Assembly (NCBI RefSeq): GCF_009834535.1
Contig: NC_045697.1
Location: 32,180,001-32,244,000 of the forward strand
Reading direction: 5' to 3'
Length of the DNA stretch: 64,000 nt
From: Camelus ferus
Lineage: Eukaryota
Position numbers and translations under genes: made by a program. Shown here one piece after another: positions 13,315-25,206 of the stretch (position 1 is the first letter of the stretch; each line of letters begins with the position of its first letter). The notes beneath the pieces are model-generated. The model saw only the letters and a program-made list of their open reading frames with translations. It was not told the DNA's origin and made no database searches.

Positions 13315-14145
13315 TGTGATATTGTGACTTATAAGAAAAAATATGTATTTGGTTATTCAGATGACCAAAACATATTTCTCATATATATTTGGTCTTTGTC
13401 CATGGATCCTTGGAACTTTCTAAGTGTTGAGAGTGACAAAGGTGTCCCTTGGTATGTTAACAAGGTGATTTTTGCACTTCTTCTAAGGATGGGGGATTGT
13501 TGCCAATGGAGCCAATAAGGTGACTGGAGGGTTGAAACTTTCAGTCCCACCCCCAACCTCTGAGGAGGGAAGAGGACCTGGATGTTAAATCAACTGCCAA
13601 TTGCCGATGATTTACTCAACCATGACTATGTAATGAAACCTTCATAAAACCCTGAAGGATGGAGTTTGGAGAGCTTCTGGGTTGGTGAACATGCAGATTT
13701 TCTGGAAGAGTAGCACCCCCGTGGAGAGGGCATGGCATTCCCTCACCGTCTCCCACACCTTGCCCTATGCATCTCTTCCATCTGACTGCTCCTGAGTTAC
13801 ATCCTTTTATAATAAATGATGATATAGTAAGTAAATTGTTTGTCTGAGCTCTGCAAATAAATCAATTCCAAAAAGGAGGTGGTGGGAACCTCTGATTTAT
13901 GGCTCGTGAATTAGAAGTACAGGTAACAACCTGGGCTTGCTACTGGTATCTGATGGAGGCCGAGAGGTGGGTGCAGCGAGAGCCAGCAGCCTGTTAGGGC
14001 TGAGCTCTTAACCTGTGGAATCTGATGCTATCTCGAGGTAGTGTCAGAATTAACTTGAATTGTAGGATATATAGCTAGTCTCCCAAGAATTGCTTGGTGC
14101 TGTGTGGGAACCTCCCCTCTGCAATATAATGGAATTGGTACCACA
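13315..14145 (+). mobile_element. Solo LTR, MER21-like
   Basis: Starts TGTGATATTGTGA; contains GAGGGTTGAAACTTTCAGTCCCACCCCCAACCTC, TATGTAATGAAACCTTCATAAAA and CCTTTTATAATAAA, as in recalled MER21 consensus. Right boundary approximate. Confidence 0.75.
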
Positions 14146-14949
14146 AGTAATTTAGCATCAGATCCATTTCCATCCCAGGAAACTGCCTGAGTTTGTTCCC
14201 TTTATATTCAAGGTTTACTTCCAGGAGGCTTCTCCTTAGTTATTACCAAGGTAACCTGGCTAATACTCCTAATTTTTATCTGGATCTGGTGGTTTTGTCC
14301 CTAATATCAACATTATGGCTGAAGGTCAATTTCCTCTGTGATCTGCTTCTTGCCGATTCTCCTTTATAGGACTTGAGATCTATATCCATTTCTCAGTGAC
14401 TGAAATCTTCTGTTCAAGGGTAGATTATATGATATTTTGGAACTTTCAACTAGAGCCAAAGGCAGAATGGTAAAGTGCATTTTTCAACATTGTTTAAAAA
14501 CTTTTGGAATTTGAATTTCTTTAATCAGAGCTGTCTTTTGCCAGGTCACTAGTTAGGTAACAATGTCGTGCATTTTTTGAGCATCTATTGAGTACCAGAC
14601 TATGTTCTAGAAGTCTTAGTTACAGAAGTGGACAAACTAAACAGACCTGCATTTCAAGAGATACATTTTAGTATTGATTCTACTATACCTACAACAAATG
14701 ACAATAACTAGCGAGGTACAATTCTATGAACTTTAGGTTCAAATCACTTAAATGTTGCAACAATCTTATGAAGTCTTATTATCCCATATTAGAAAAAGAA
14801 ATGAAGATTAAATAATTTGCCCAGGTAGAAGCTAGTAGGTCAAAAAGGCCAATGTTTGCAGCCTAGTAGACTGAGTCATAGCTCACATTTTTATCCAAGA
14901 CCATTTCAGGAATTAACCAAATTCCATCAAGAAGTTTGCATATACTATT

Positions 14950-15560
14950 AAGATGGAGAGTGCAAAGGGGAGAAAATTTGGGTAGTCAGAGAAGTCCTCT
15001 TAAGAAGGTCATTTGAATTGAGACCAGATTGATGAGAAAAGGCCACTTGAAAGACATGCGAAGAGGAAATAAAGCAAATGTTCTGAGATGGCAGGGAGTT
15101 GGCAGTTTGTAGCTTAGAAATTAGCCACATGGTAGTGATTTTGAATCAAAGAAAATTTGAAGGAGATGAGGTCAGAGGCATAGGCAGAGGCCAGTTCATA
15201 AAGGCTATAGTAAAGAGTCTAGATTTTATTATAACTGAAATAAGAACCCTGCAGGGTTTTAAGCAGTGGGAGCACATGATCAATCATACACAGAAATAGA
15301 AGAGCAAGACTCATTAGGAGGATGCTGTGGCAGTAACACAGGCACGATATACACGGAGCTAGGGCTAGGGTAGCAGTGGGAGTGGGGCAACCGGTAGGGA
15401 CGTCTTGGCAGCTGAGGGAAGGATGAACTGAAGGATCAGGACTAGAGCAGGTGCCTAAATAAGAAGAAAGTTCATTCCAGGGAAATGATGTCTGAACTGG
15501 GGAAGCACCAACAGAGGTGGAAAGGACTAAACAGGTACACAAGATATGTGTAGAAAAGAT
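14950..15560 (-). mobile_element. L2 LINE remnant
   Basis: GGTAGTCAGAGAAGTCCTCT..AGAAGGTCATTTGA..TGAGAC and CAGGGTTTTAAGCAG..GAGCACATGATC. Boundaries approximate. Confidence 0.55.
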
Positions 15561-17122
15561 TTTATCGTTTTAACTTCCATTGGATAAGAGGGACAACTAA
15601 TGAAGATGATTTCCAGAATCCTGACATCTTCCCTGTCCTAATGTATTAATGTTATGGGAAAAACTATATAACCAAATTATTATATAGTAGCCAAATTTAG
15701 ATCATCATACTTTCTATTTCTCCTTTCAAAGTTCTTTATGTGAGAACATAGGTCCCTTCCTGTAACAGCAAGGTCTCAGAGTGCATTTTTCTTTCTGACA
15801 TAAAAAGTCACTGAAAAGTTTACCAAAGATAATATTTTCAGTCTTAGTCCATCTAGTTAAATTTTAAACTTACTTTGTGGTTCTGTACTTTACAACTTAG
15901 TTTTGCTTCATGAAAAACCAGCTTGATTAAATGAATTGCAGAAATATGTGAACCGAAAAAGGCACATAAAAATGAAATTAATCTAAGCCTCAAGTGAACT
16001 ATACAAGGCATGAAACATTGAAGACCCAATGACTTCATTCTCTTGATGAATGCTTTAATGGGCCATTAAAATACAGATGCTGGAAAACTTTGAAGTTACT
16101 CTTACACATGTAACACTGTGTATGTATAAAACATGCATTTAAATATTTTTTTTGTCTATTAATGAGTCATCCTATTATTATAATGTATATTGAAGGACAG
16201 AGTTGAAATTGATTTTATAGTCACAGTTTGATCAACTGATTAATTTAGTTCATCTACTTAAATAATTATTTCTGGGCTCTGAATGATCAGAAGGACTGGA
16301 TAACATGAATAAGGGTTCTCATCTGATGTAAAGAGCACCATATTCTACTCACAGCCACTCTTCTTTCCTTCCTTTTCCTTTTCTCTTTTCCCTTTCTCCT
16401 TTCCTCCCTTTGCTCTGTCCTCTCGCTAAACTCTCTTCTATGGCGATCTCATCCATTCCCCTGGCTTTATGTACCTTCTATGTGGAGAGAGTTCCTGAAA
16501 TCATGTATGCAGACCTCACCTTTCTTCTCAGCCCTGGACAGTCTCTTTTATATCTTATAGGCAATTCAAATGTAACATAATACAAACTGATTTTTTTTAA
16601 ATCTCTGCCTTCCCCAACCCAATGCTGTCTTCTCCATTTCAGGAGATGACATCACAAGTCACTCACTCATTCAAATCAGAAATCATCTAATCCTTCAGTG
16701 AATTGTATCAATTTTGTTTAAAACATATCTAAAATATATCTCCCACTAACCAATTCCATCCAACTCCACTGCTAACACCCTGTTTTGTGCTCCTGGGTTC
16801 TCCTATTTAGACTTCTGTTTGTAATTATTCAGTAATGAAGACTGTAAAAAATCATGCCATGAATGGCACAATGACTTGTCAAAATCAGGAAAAATTTTCT
16901 TCTATGGTTGCTGACCATAATCTGCAGTAGGTACAAGGAGAAGAATCTCCATCTACAATTTCTTAGTCTCTCTCTGGTGATCTGCTAAGTGTTGAAGAAA
17001 TTGTGAGCTGATCAACAGCTGTATCTGAACAATTTGCCCTGCACTGACAATTATGCATACAATTATGACAATTATGCATTTGTGTTAAATTAAAGGATGA
17101 AGGGTTAGGCGGATGGATGTGT

Positions 17123-17261
17123 CAAATTCCAGTGTAGAGCACAATTTTTCAGTTATACATGAAGATATATATATATTCATTGTCACCTTTTTTTCTCCGT
17201 GAGCTACCATAATATCTTGTATATATTTCCCTGTGCTATACAGTATAATCTTGTTTGTCTA
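17123..17261 (-). mobile_element. L1 3' UTR fragment without poly(A) tail
   Basis: Shares the TATAGCACAGGGAA motif and layout with the other L1 3' ends in this window (2725, 21901, 58490), in reverse orientation. Confidence 0.75.
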
Positions 17262-17300
17262 CGGCCATACCACCCTGAACTCGCCTGATCTCGTCTAATC
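17257..17300 (+). pseudogene. 5S rRNA 5'-terminal fragment (nt 1-44)
   Basis: GTCTACGGCCATACCACCCTGAACTCGCCTGATCTCGTCTAATC matches the mammalian 5S 5' end at 41/44 positions and ends before the internal control region. Confidence 0.9.
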
Positions 17301-20300
17301 ATGTGTGATTAAGACATCCATTATTCCAATCTTTCAATATAAAAATGGAGGCTCCAAGAGACTAAGTGACTTCTGAGCAGTCACACACCTAAAATGTGAT
17401 ACAACCTAGTCTGCAACATCAATTCTCTCACTCAGCTCCATTTCCTTTCATTACTCAGACTGTTTCTCCTGAAGACTGTCTATGGCTGTCTAAAACACTG
17501 GTGTTAGATGTCCTGTTTGGAAACACTAAGGGATATTTATTCACAACCTCCAAAAAATATTTTTCAGCTGAACAGAGCTGACAATGAACCAACAGAAAAA
17601 TATGTCATCATTTTCTACCTCTGCTGATAGAGAAATGGGTTGTTTGCAACCAGTGTTTATCAAGTAATTATTTTGCAGTCTGCATTGCAATTTAACATAC
17701 ATTATACCTATAAATTACTACTCTAATTAAGGCAGAAAAAATACCTTACATTCTGTGTTCCATTAATTTTTTTAATACGCTTTGCTCAGCATTCTCTACA
17801 TGCTCCTTGTGTTAATACCATATAAGATTTTTTCCTGATCATCTGCCCCTTAAAAAATCCTGCTTCTCTATTTCATAAGCCTGAAACTGCAGCCCTGACT
17901 ATTACATAGTCACATGAAAATTGACATAAAATTCTGCTTCATTGCATGAATTTGAAAGAGCTCATTGTGTTCCACGGCAAGAAAAGAAAAGAAAATTACA
18001 GTTTTCCTTTATTAATACTATCATAATTACTCTTGGCTTTTAATTTGGCTATTTCTTGGTAACTTGCATTTTTGCCTTGGAATTAAAAATTGGAGTCTAG
18101 CAGAATTATTACTGAACACTTAGTTTTTAGTTCGATAACAACTGTTAGCAAAAGCATAATTTACACCTGAAATTATGAAAATTGATATGAGTAGTAGTTA
18201 ATTTGAATATTCTTACTAGCCATATTATTAGAATAATCATTTTAAAATGCAATAAATCAAATTTATACACAGTATAAATTTAGCATACTGATATACCTAG
18301 CTTTTATATGAAATTTTTCTTAGGAATAACATAAATTCCTCTACAAGTTATGTAATCACATGGGTCCTTAGTTCCCTCATTTGTAAAACAAGAATAAAAG
18401 TTTTACTTACCTCTTAGGTACTATGTATTTTACTCTTATCTCATCAACTTAATTTTATTTTTCCATATGTTTCAAAATATACCTAAATTATTACTCAATA
18501 CATACATATAACTATTTATGTGTATATATGTATAGGTATAAATAAATTTGTGTATAAAATATGAGGATTAAACAGGATTTTGAACAGGAACAATTAACAT
18601 AGTCAGGGGCAAGTTGTAAGGGCTCAATATATGTTAACTGTTATGATTATTATAATGCTTGTCAACAACAGCAACAAAAAAAAAAAACATAGAAAGCTGC
18701 AAATAAGAGAAAGAGTTTATGTGAGGTCTTAAGTATTGCAATTCAGGAAGCCCCGATTGGAGCAGAAACTCAAATGTGCTCTGAGGTAAATAGAAAATGG
18801 TGGAGTTTATAAAAAGCCACTTCTGAGACATCCCTCAAAAGTTACATAGGTTATTTTTACAGAACTATGATTGGTGCCAGTCGACATTCAGTCACTTGAC
18901 AGTAAAGAAAACAAGTTCCAGGGGGTCTCAGGACGGCCTGATCAAAAGCTCATGTGGCACTCAGGTGTGGGCATGTGTAAGTTCCACTTCCCTAGTGGCC
19001 TACTGGTTCCTTTTGACATAAGTGACTCCGTTTTGTCGCTCATGGCCCATAGTTTCTAGGTGGAAATGAAGTTGGTTCAATAAAAGGTATCTATATTTAC
19101 TCTTACACGCATTATTAACAGCCATTCAACATATAAATATTTTTTAGTGATCTCTACTTTGACATTCACAGACCTATATGAAAAATCCATTTTAACAGAA
19201 GAAGGTGGTGGTGATTGGGAAGAATATTTACAAACACTGTCATGTAGACAGATTGTAAGTAGACATAAAACATTTCTTCCGCAATCATTTCTTATTTTTT
19301 AATGAAAAAAAATTCCAATAATAGGTTAAGAATGGACTTTAATACCAAGATATTACTTACTATTTTGACTAAACTCCCTGAGGTACCAAACAGAAAAGGT
19401 GCGAGCATATACTGCTTATATTTCTTTCATCAATAAAGGGTAAAATCTTTTCCAATGCTCTGCCATAATTATACCTTTGTAATTATACCATTACTAAGAT
19501 TCTTTCCAAGATATTCCAAGTTTAAATTGGACATTTTATTATGTTCAGCAGGTGAAAGTAGTTACAGCATTTTGGAAAAAAAGGTCAGATATGGTATATA
19601 TCAAAATGTAATTGTCAATATGGAAATTCTAAAACAATATCTAAAACAAAATCTCTACCTTCATTTGGCATGAAGACTTCACTAACTACTCACAGCTTAG
19701 AGTTTAATTTAATAGGATATTTACTCAAACATTGCCTTGATATAAAGGATTCTTTTGAAAGAAAACTTTCTCTTTTGCAGTATTTATATTTTTGTTCACA
19801 ACCATGTGCTAGGGAAAGTAGTGTACAGAGTAACAAAGTAATATTTTCAATACAATTTCACTTTCTTTTTTAAAAAAAAATTGGGGTCTCTCGTTTAAAA
19901 TGGAATACCTATGGGGGTTAGGAAAAGACCAATATTCCACAATCTGAAAAAATGCTTGGAATCACCTGTTGCCAGAATCTGGGCATAATTTCTATGATAA
20001 AGTTGATGAGTCTGTAGTAAGAAAAATGATTTGGACCATCAAGTTCTTTCCCTCATGCACAACAACAGCCCACCCATGGAAAAAACTTAGGGAGATCCTG
20101 GAGATCCTTGGAGACCTAGGTTTTATACTAAGTAGAAGCAAGCACAGCCGTTCCTTCATGGTAAAGTTGCTGCTTTCGCAAGTGCCAGTGGACTAGTCCT
20201 GCCACCTGCTCCTGTGTTCTGATACCTATTTAGAGAAAGCCAGTCCTAGTGGAAAGGAAGACTAGTGTCAGGAATTTTGGTGCAGGGGAGTCGCAGCTTA

Positions 20301-21900
20301 ATGGAACTGGGCTAGAGGTTCTTGCTAATTATAGTTCTATGCATCCTGGGAACTATTTTCTCCCCACATCCTACTCTTGGCAAGGTCAGAGACAAGAGGC
20401 AACCAGTGACAATGCATATGGGAGAACAGAGTTTGTCATGTACCACACTACTTTCACTGAATGATCTGGTGTGAAAGATGTGCAGCATGATCCAGTGGGG
20501 AAGAGAAGCCAACAGAAGAACTAACATTTGTATTTATTCTTACTGAATAAGAAGGAAAATATTAAGCTTTACCAGTAGTTAGCATACAAATTTACACTCC
20601 GGCTTCATCAGGGTTATCTGCAGCATTGGTGAGGACCTGAGGAAAGAATAGAAGCCCATATTTTGGAGAAACTGACAGTGGTGCCCATTTTCATCTTTCC
20701 CTTTTGTAGGACCATGGCATCTTGTGGGTGATGGAGTTATGCGTTTGATTTTTTTAAACTTATCTTTCCCTCATAACAGGCACATGGTTTCAAAGTCAAA
20801 GAATAGATTAAATGAGAAGACAGTGTATTAGAACAAACGTAAAAGTTGGATACAGACATTAAAAGGGAATTGTGTTAGTTTAGGAAGCAAGGGCAAATAT
20901 ATTTAGCAAAATAGAATTTAAATCTTCAATGAAAATAATAGAGAATATAAGTGGTAGTGCAGAAAATTTAATCAGGGCTATAGAAAACACACTTCAGATA
21001 TTACCTTCTAATTCAGAATAAAAGCAAAAAGAAATTAAAGTGAAAGAGAAAAGAAGAATGCAGGAAGGAGGAATTCATAATAGGCAAAACTAGGAAAATA
21101 TTTAAACCATTAATAATTTTAAACTAAGACAAAATATAATTTTGACATCTCAAGTGAACAATGACAAAATTAAATGACAACGTTTAGTTTTTGTAAAATG
21201 AAGACAACCAAAATTCCCATGTAGAGTTTATTGTAGTATTTATTGTTCATAAAAATCCTTGGCAGGTAATTAGGCATTGAAAGACATTATGAAACTCATA
21301 CTTTTCCTATTTTATTAAATCCAGTTGAAGGAATCTATACTAAAGATAAAATTAGGAACATTAAAGTAAAACAGTACACTGACCTGAATGTCTAATATTA
21401 GGGGACTAGTTGAATAAATCAAGACACACCTCTGTAGTTGAATATTTTGCAAAGATGAAACTCAGAATATCACCATTAAACTATGGAATTAGGTGATCAA
21501 ACTCAAGGGTATGTGTGACTGTGAGATCATTTGTTAAAATGTCAACTAGATTGAAGGGTATACTTAATAGGGCTTCTAAGTATCTTAAAAATGTACAACC
21601 GATGTTTTGGCTGGACCTGACCTTGTGATTCTTATGTTGCAAGACGCCCTCAGCAATAACCATCAGGAAACTTTGAAAGAAAGAATGTTTACTACTTACA
21701 AGTTCCGGAAATTACATAGCACAACTGGGGCCACACAGCAAGGTTGTAGGTAGAGAAGGAGAGAAAGAGAATGTGGGCCTGGGGCTCTGCCTTGATTGGG
21801 ATTGAAGGTAGGGCGTGGGGATTAGTGGGCTCACTCTTTATTAGTGAATTTAAAATATTAGAGCAGGAATTTAAAGTGTGAGAGGAGAAAAAAACAAGCA

Positions 21901-22110
21901 GCAGATACTGACTGTATAAAATAGATAAATAAGTTTATACTGTATAACACAGGGAACTATATCCGATACCTTTTAGTAGCTTATGGTGAAAAAGAATATG
22001 AAAACAAATATATGTATATTCATATATGACTGAAGCATTGTGCTGTACACCAGAAAATGACACAACCTTGTAAACTGACTATACTACAATTCAAAAAAAG
22101 TAAAAAAAAA
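21901..22110 (+). mobile_element. 5'-truncated L1 3' end
   Basis: Visibly similar to the copy at 2725-2962; ends ACTATACTACAAT plus A-tail. Confidence 0.85.
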
Positions 22111-22485
22111 ATTATAAAGCCCTGATTTATGTCCAAAATGTCAAAAAATATGAAACTCTAAAAGAAAAAAAAAACACAGATTAAAAAAACTAACATAAAC
22201 CATGAATTCCAAGCTGTATTTTTCACTATAGACACGTGGTGGCACCATTTTAGTTGCTTAGCAGCAGGACGGGAGAGCCTTTGTGAACATGGCATTAACA
22301 TTGCTCTCAATCCGTGTGTGTGGTCTAAATTTGAGTGATAACTATTGTGCTGCTACTAAACATTTATCAAGGGTATTGCTAGTGTTAAAAATGCTCCAAA
22401 ATATCAGTAACCTTGAAACAGAATTTAGAGGCGATAAAATGATTGATTATACATGTATACATTATTTTTAATTTACTATTCCCTT

Positions 22486-22862
22486 TGTTGTGGTTTGAAT
22501 TGATATTTCAAGTTCATATGTTGAAGTTTTAAACCTCAAGAACACCTCAGAATGTGACTGTACTTAAAGACAAAGTCTTCAAAGAAGTAATTAACTTAAA
22601 AAGAGGTCATTAGAGTGGGCCCAAATCTAATATGACTTGTGTCTGTATCAGAAAAGGAGATTAGGACACAGATAGGTATTGAGAGAAGGCCACATGGAGA
22701 TACAGAGAGAAGATCTATAAGCCAAGGAGAAATGCCTCGGAAGAAACCAACCCTGATGACACCTTGATCTTGGACTTCTAGTCTCCAAACAAATAAACCT
22801 CTTTGTTTTCGACACCCAGTCTACTGTACTTTGTTACTGCAGCCCAAACAAATCAATAGACA
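22486..22862 (+). mobile_element. Solo LTR, MLT1A/B-like (ERVL-MaLR)
   Basis: TG...CA ends; ACCTCAGAATGTGACTGTA, GGTCATTAGAGTGGGCCC, ACACCTTGATCTTGGACTTCTAG, AATAAA. Confidence 0.85.
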
Positions 22863-23104
22863 TTTCAAATATGTTTAAAACCACACATATATTAGTTGTG
22901 GATTAATGTACTGTTTAAGAATGTAACCTCCTTATTATACATTCATTTCTATGGAGAAATGAGCCTTGATTTATGTGAGTTTTTAATTATCTGTGCTCTT
23001 CAGAAACCCTTGCCTCAAGTAAAATGCCATTATTTTAAATCTTGGCCATTTCCCTCTACTGAGCATTAATTCAATATTTAACTCATTTACCCTTGCTCAG
23101 CAGA

Positions 23105-23350
23105 GTTTCAAGGAGTGGTTAAGGGTGCAGACTCCAAAGCCAGACCACTTGAGCTCACAGCCCACTTCATCACTAACTGTATGCCTCTGGGCAGTGACTT
23201 AAAAAGCCTGGGCCACATCTTTCTCAGATATCTTTAAAATAGGAACAGTCATAAGAGTACCTGCATTAGAGCACTCTATAAGGAAAAAAAAATTAGTTGA
23301 TATATGCAAAGTGTGTAGAATAGTAATGGGAACTTAGTAGATGCAATTTT
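23105..23350 (+). mobile_element. MIR SINE
   Basis: GTGGTTAAGGGTGCAGACTCCAAAGCCAGAC head followed by a degenerate core. Confidence 0.7.
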
Positions 23351-23723
23351 GCTGTCAATGAGCCCACTGCTTGATTAGCCTACATTTCTCTCTTTCAGAA
23401 AACCTTTTTATCCTTCAAGACCCAGAAAAAAAATGATACCTCAACTTTGAAATTTTAATGACTCCATTTACCCTTTCTTTCCAGGCTGAAGACTAAATTA
23501 TCTTGTGTTGTCAAAGGTATTGCAGGGGTATGAGATTTGGTTTCTAATAATCTGGATTCAAATATGCATTTTTTTCAATTTACTTATTGGAAGATTTCAG
23601 ATAAGTTGCTCGATTTGTCTGAGTTTCCACATTATATGACACAGAGATTCTCAGTAAGTATTTTTCTAATAAATACGTATTTCATCTGTGGGTCTGGGAG
23701 TATGTCAACCACATACGATACTG

Positions 23724-24188
23724 CAGTGTTCCCAAAGTGTGGGACTAACCGAGTTATCGAGATAATTTTAGGTGAGTTATAGACATGGCATTAAGGACAC
23801 TGAATCCTATAGAGAAAATCCTTCTTTCAATTTTACTTCAATACTGCTGATTAGGTCAAGAAGAAAAAAATGGTGCTATGTTTTAAATTTCTTTAATGCT
23901 TGCTAATATCCATTTTTAATCAAGAGAGATTCAGAGCCTTTATCAGGTAATATTTCGTTAGAACTGAATCATTTTTTTAAAATTAATTACACTTATTTTT
24001 ACTTGTTAAAAAATTTATGACATTTTTCCATTTACAGAAATGATACAAATTTTTCTTTTAAAATAAACTCATCCAAGTATAAAAGGTAGTTGATTTAAAG
24101 AAAAATATTACGTATATAAAAGCGGTATGAGTATATGGTGAAAATCACAGAGAATAATATACAGATTATTAACGTTTGGGCAACATTG
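23724..24188. mobile_element. hAT-Charlie-type non-autonomous element
   Basis: Terminal inverted repeats CAGTGTTCCCAAAGTGT / ACGTTTGGGCAACATTG. Confidence 0.6.
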
Positions 24189-24790
24189 ACTTATACGAAC
24201 TATTAGGAACGATTGTACTGAATGCATTTCAGGGTAGCTACTAAGTTCATTCTCTAACAAAGGTGACAGTAGCAATTAGTGTTTAATTTATAGTAGTCTC
24301 AAGAACGAACTAGGAACAATACAATGGTGAACTCAGCACAGCTGCTGCTCTTTTCCTCTGCACCAAACCCTGGATACTGCAGAAAAGCTCACGGGGGAGA
24401 CACCGGACATGGTAGACAGGTCTCTATCCCTTACTGTTATCCTCCACCTCACTTAGCCAGAGCTCTTCCCTCTGCAAGGTAAACAGGTAAACCTGAAGAT
24501 GATGGAGACTTTGGGGTGTTCGGGATATAACCTTTCTCAATCTTCAGCTCTGGCTGAAACTTTCTTAGGATACATTATTGCAATACATTTTGCAGCCGGT
24601 TTCCACTCAGATGCACTTCAGTATTAGTGATATCACAGACGTGGAGAATACATCTTGACTTCTAGATTTTAAGACAGTTACCCCAGTATTTTGCTATCTA
24701 GTAGGAGGCTAAACCCCTCGGTTCTCCTAAAAGCACGACTAACTGTGCGCCCGAGAACTTCCCCTCGCGGGACTTCCTTATAGCTGCTTG

Positions 24791-24834
24791 CGGAAGCGCG
24801 CTGACGTCACGACGTCGTGCGTCGTGCGGACGTC
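24791..24834 (+). promoter_or_regulatory. ETS core (CGGAAG) next to a full palindromic CRE (TGACGTCA), with additional GACGTC cores
   Basis: CGGAAG 24791-24796, TGACGTCA 24802-24809, GACGTC at 24811 and 24829; a second ETS site CGGAAGTG on the minus strand at 24912-24919. Confidence 0.7.
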
Positions 24835-25041
24835 GACGAGCCGCTCTGCGTCTCGGGTGTCCCGCCGGGGCCGCTAGTTGGGTGTTACGTTCAGCCTCAC
24901 GTTTTCGTCTCCACTTCCGAAAGCCGGTTTGAATCCTGTCTGCCGGCCTCTAAAGGGGGCGTCTCAGAGAAAACCTGGACTGCGGGTGATGGCGCCCTCG
25001 CGTCGCGGGACCTTCTCCTGACGCCTCTGTCGCCCCGGGGG

Positions 25042-25206
25042 ATGTGGAGTCTGGCGGGTCTGGGCTGGAGGCGCGGCCGCGCGCTCGCGACGCCGGCCAC
25101 CCGGGCGGCGCGGCGGGGGCTGCTCGGGCCTCGCCCCACGCTGGCCTGCCCGACTGCGACCGGGTGCAGGGATCCGGGCCGGCGCTACAGCTCTGCCGGC
25201 CGCAAG
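25042..25206 (+). CDS. GUF1: GUF1 exon 1 (mitochondrial presequence)
   Basis: ATG at 25042; MWSLAGLGWRRGRALATPATRAARRGLLGPRPTLACPTATGCRDPGRRYSSAGRK; Arg-rich with a single acidic residue and an R-X-Y-S processing-like motif; donor AAG|GTGAGC. Confidence 0.93.

Noticed and set aside
15099..15542. ORFs of 66 aa and 107 aa
   Set aside because: They lie within a decayed L2 remnant and show no coding signature.
17257..17300. Functional 5S rRNA gene
   Set aside because: Only 44 of about 120 nt are present, with no internal Pol III promoter or terminator.
18630..19060. Possible LTR relics here, at about 21590-21900 and at about 26380-26570
   Set aside because: They look LTR-like, but I could not establish family or boundaries by eye, so they are not listed as features.
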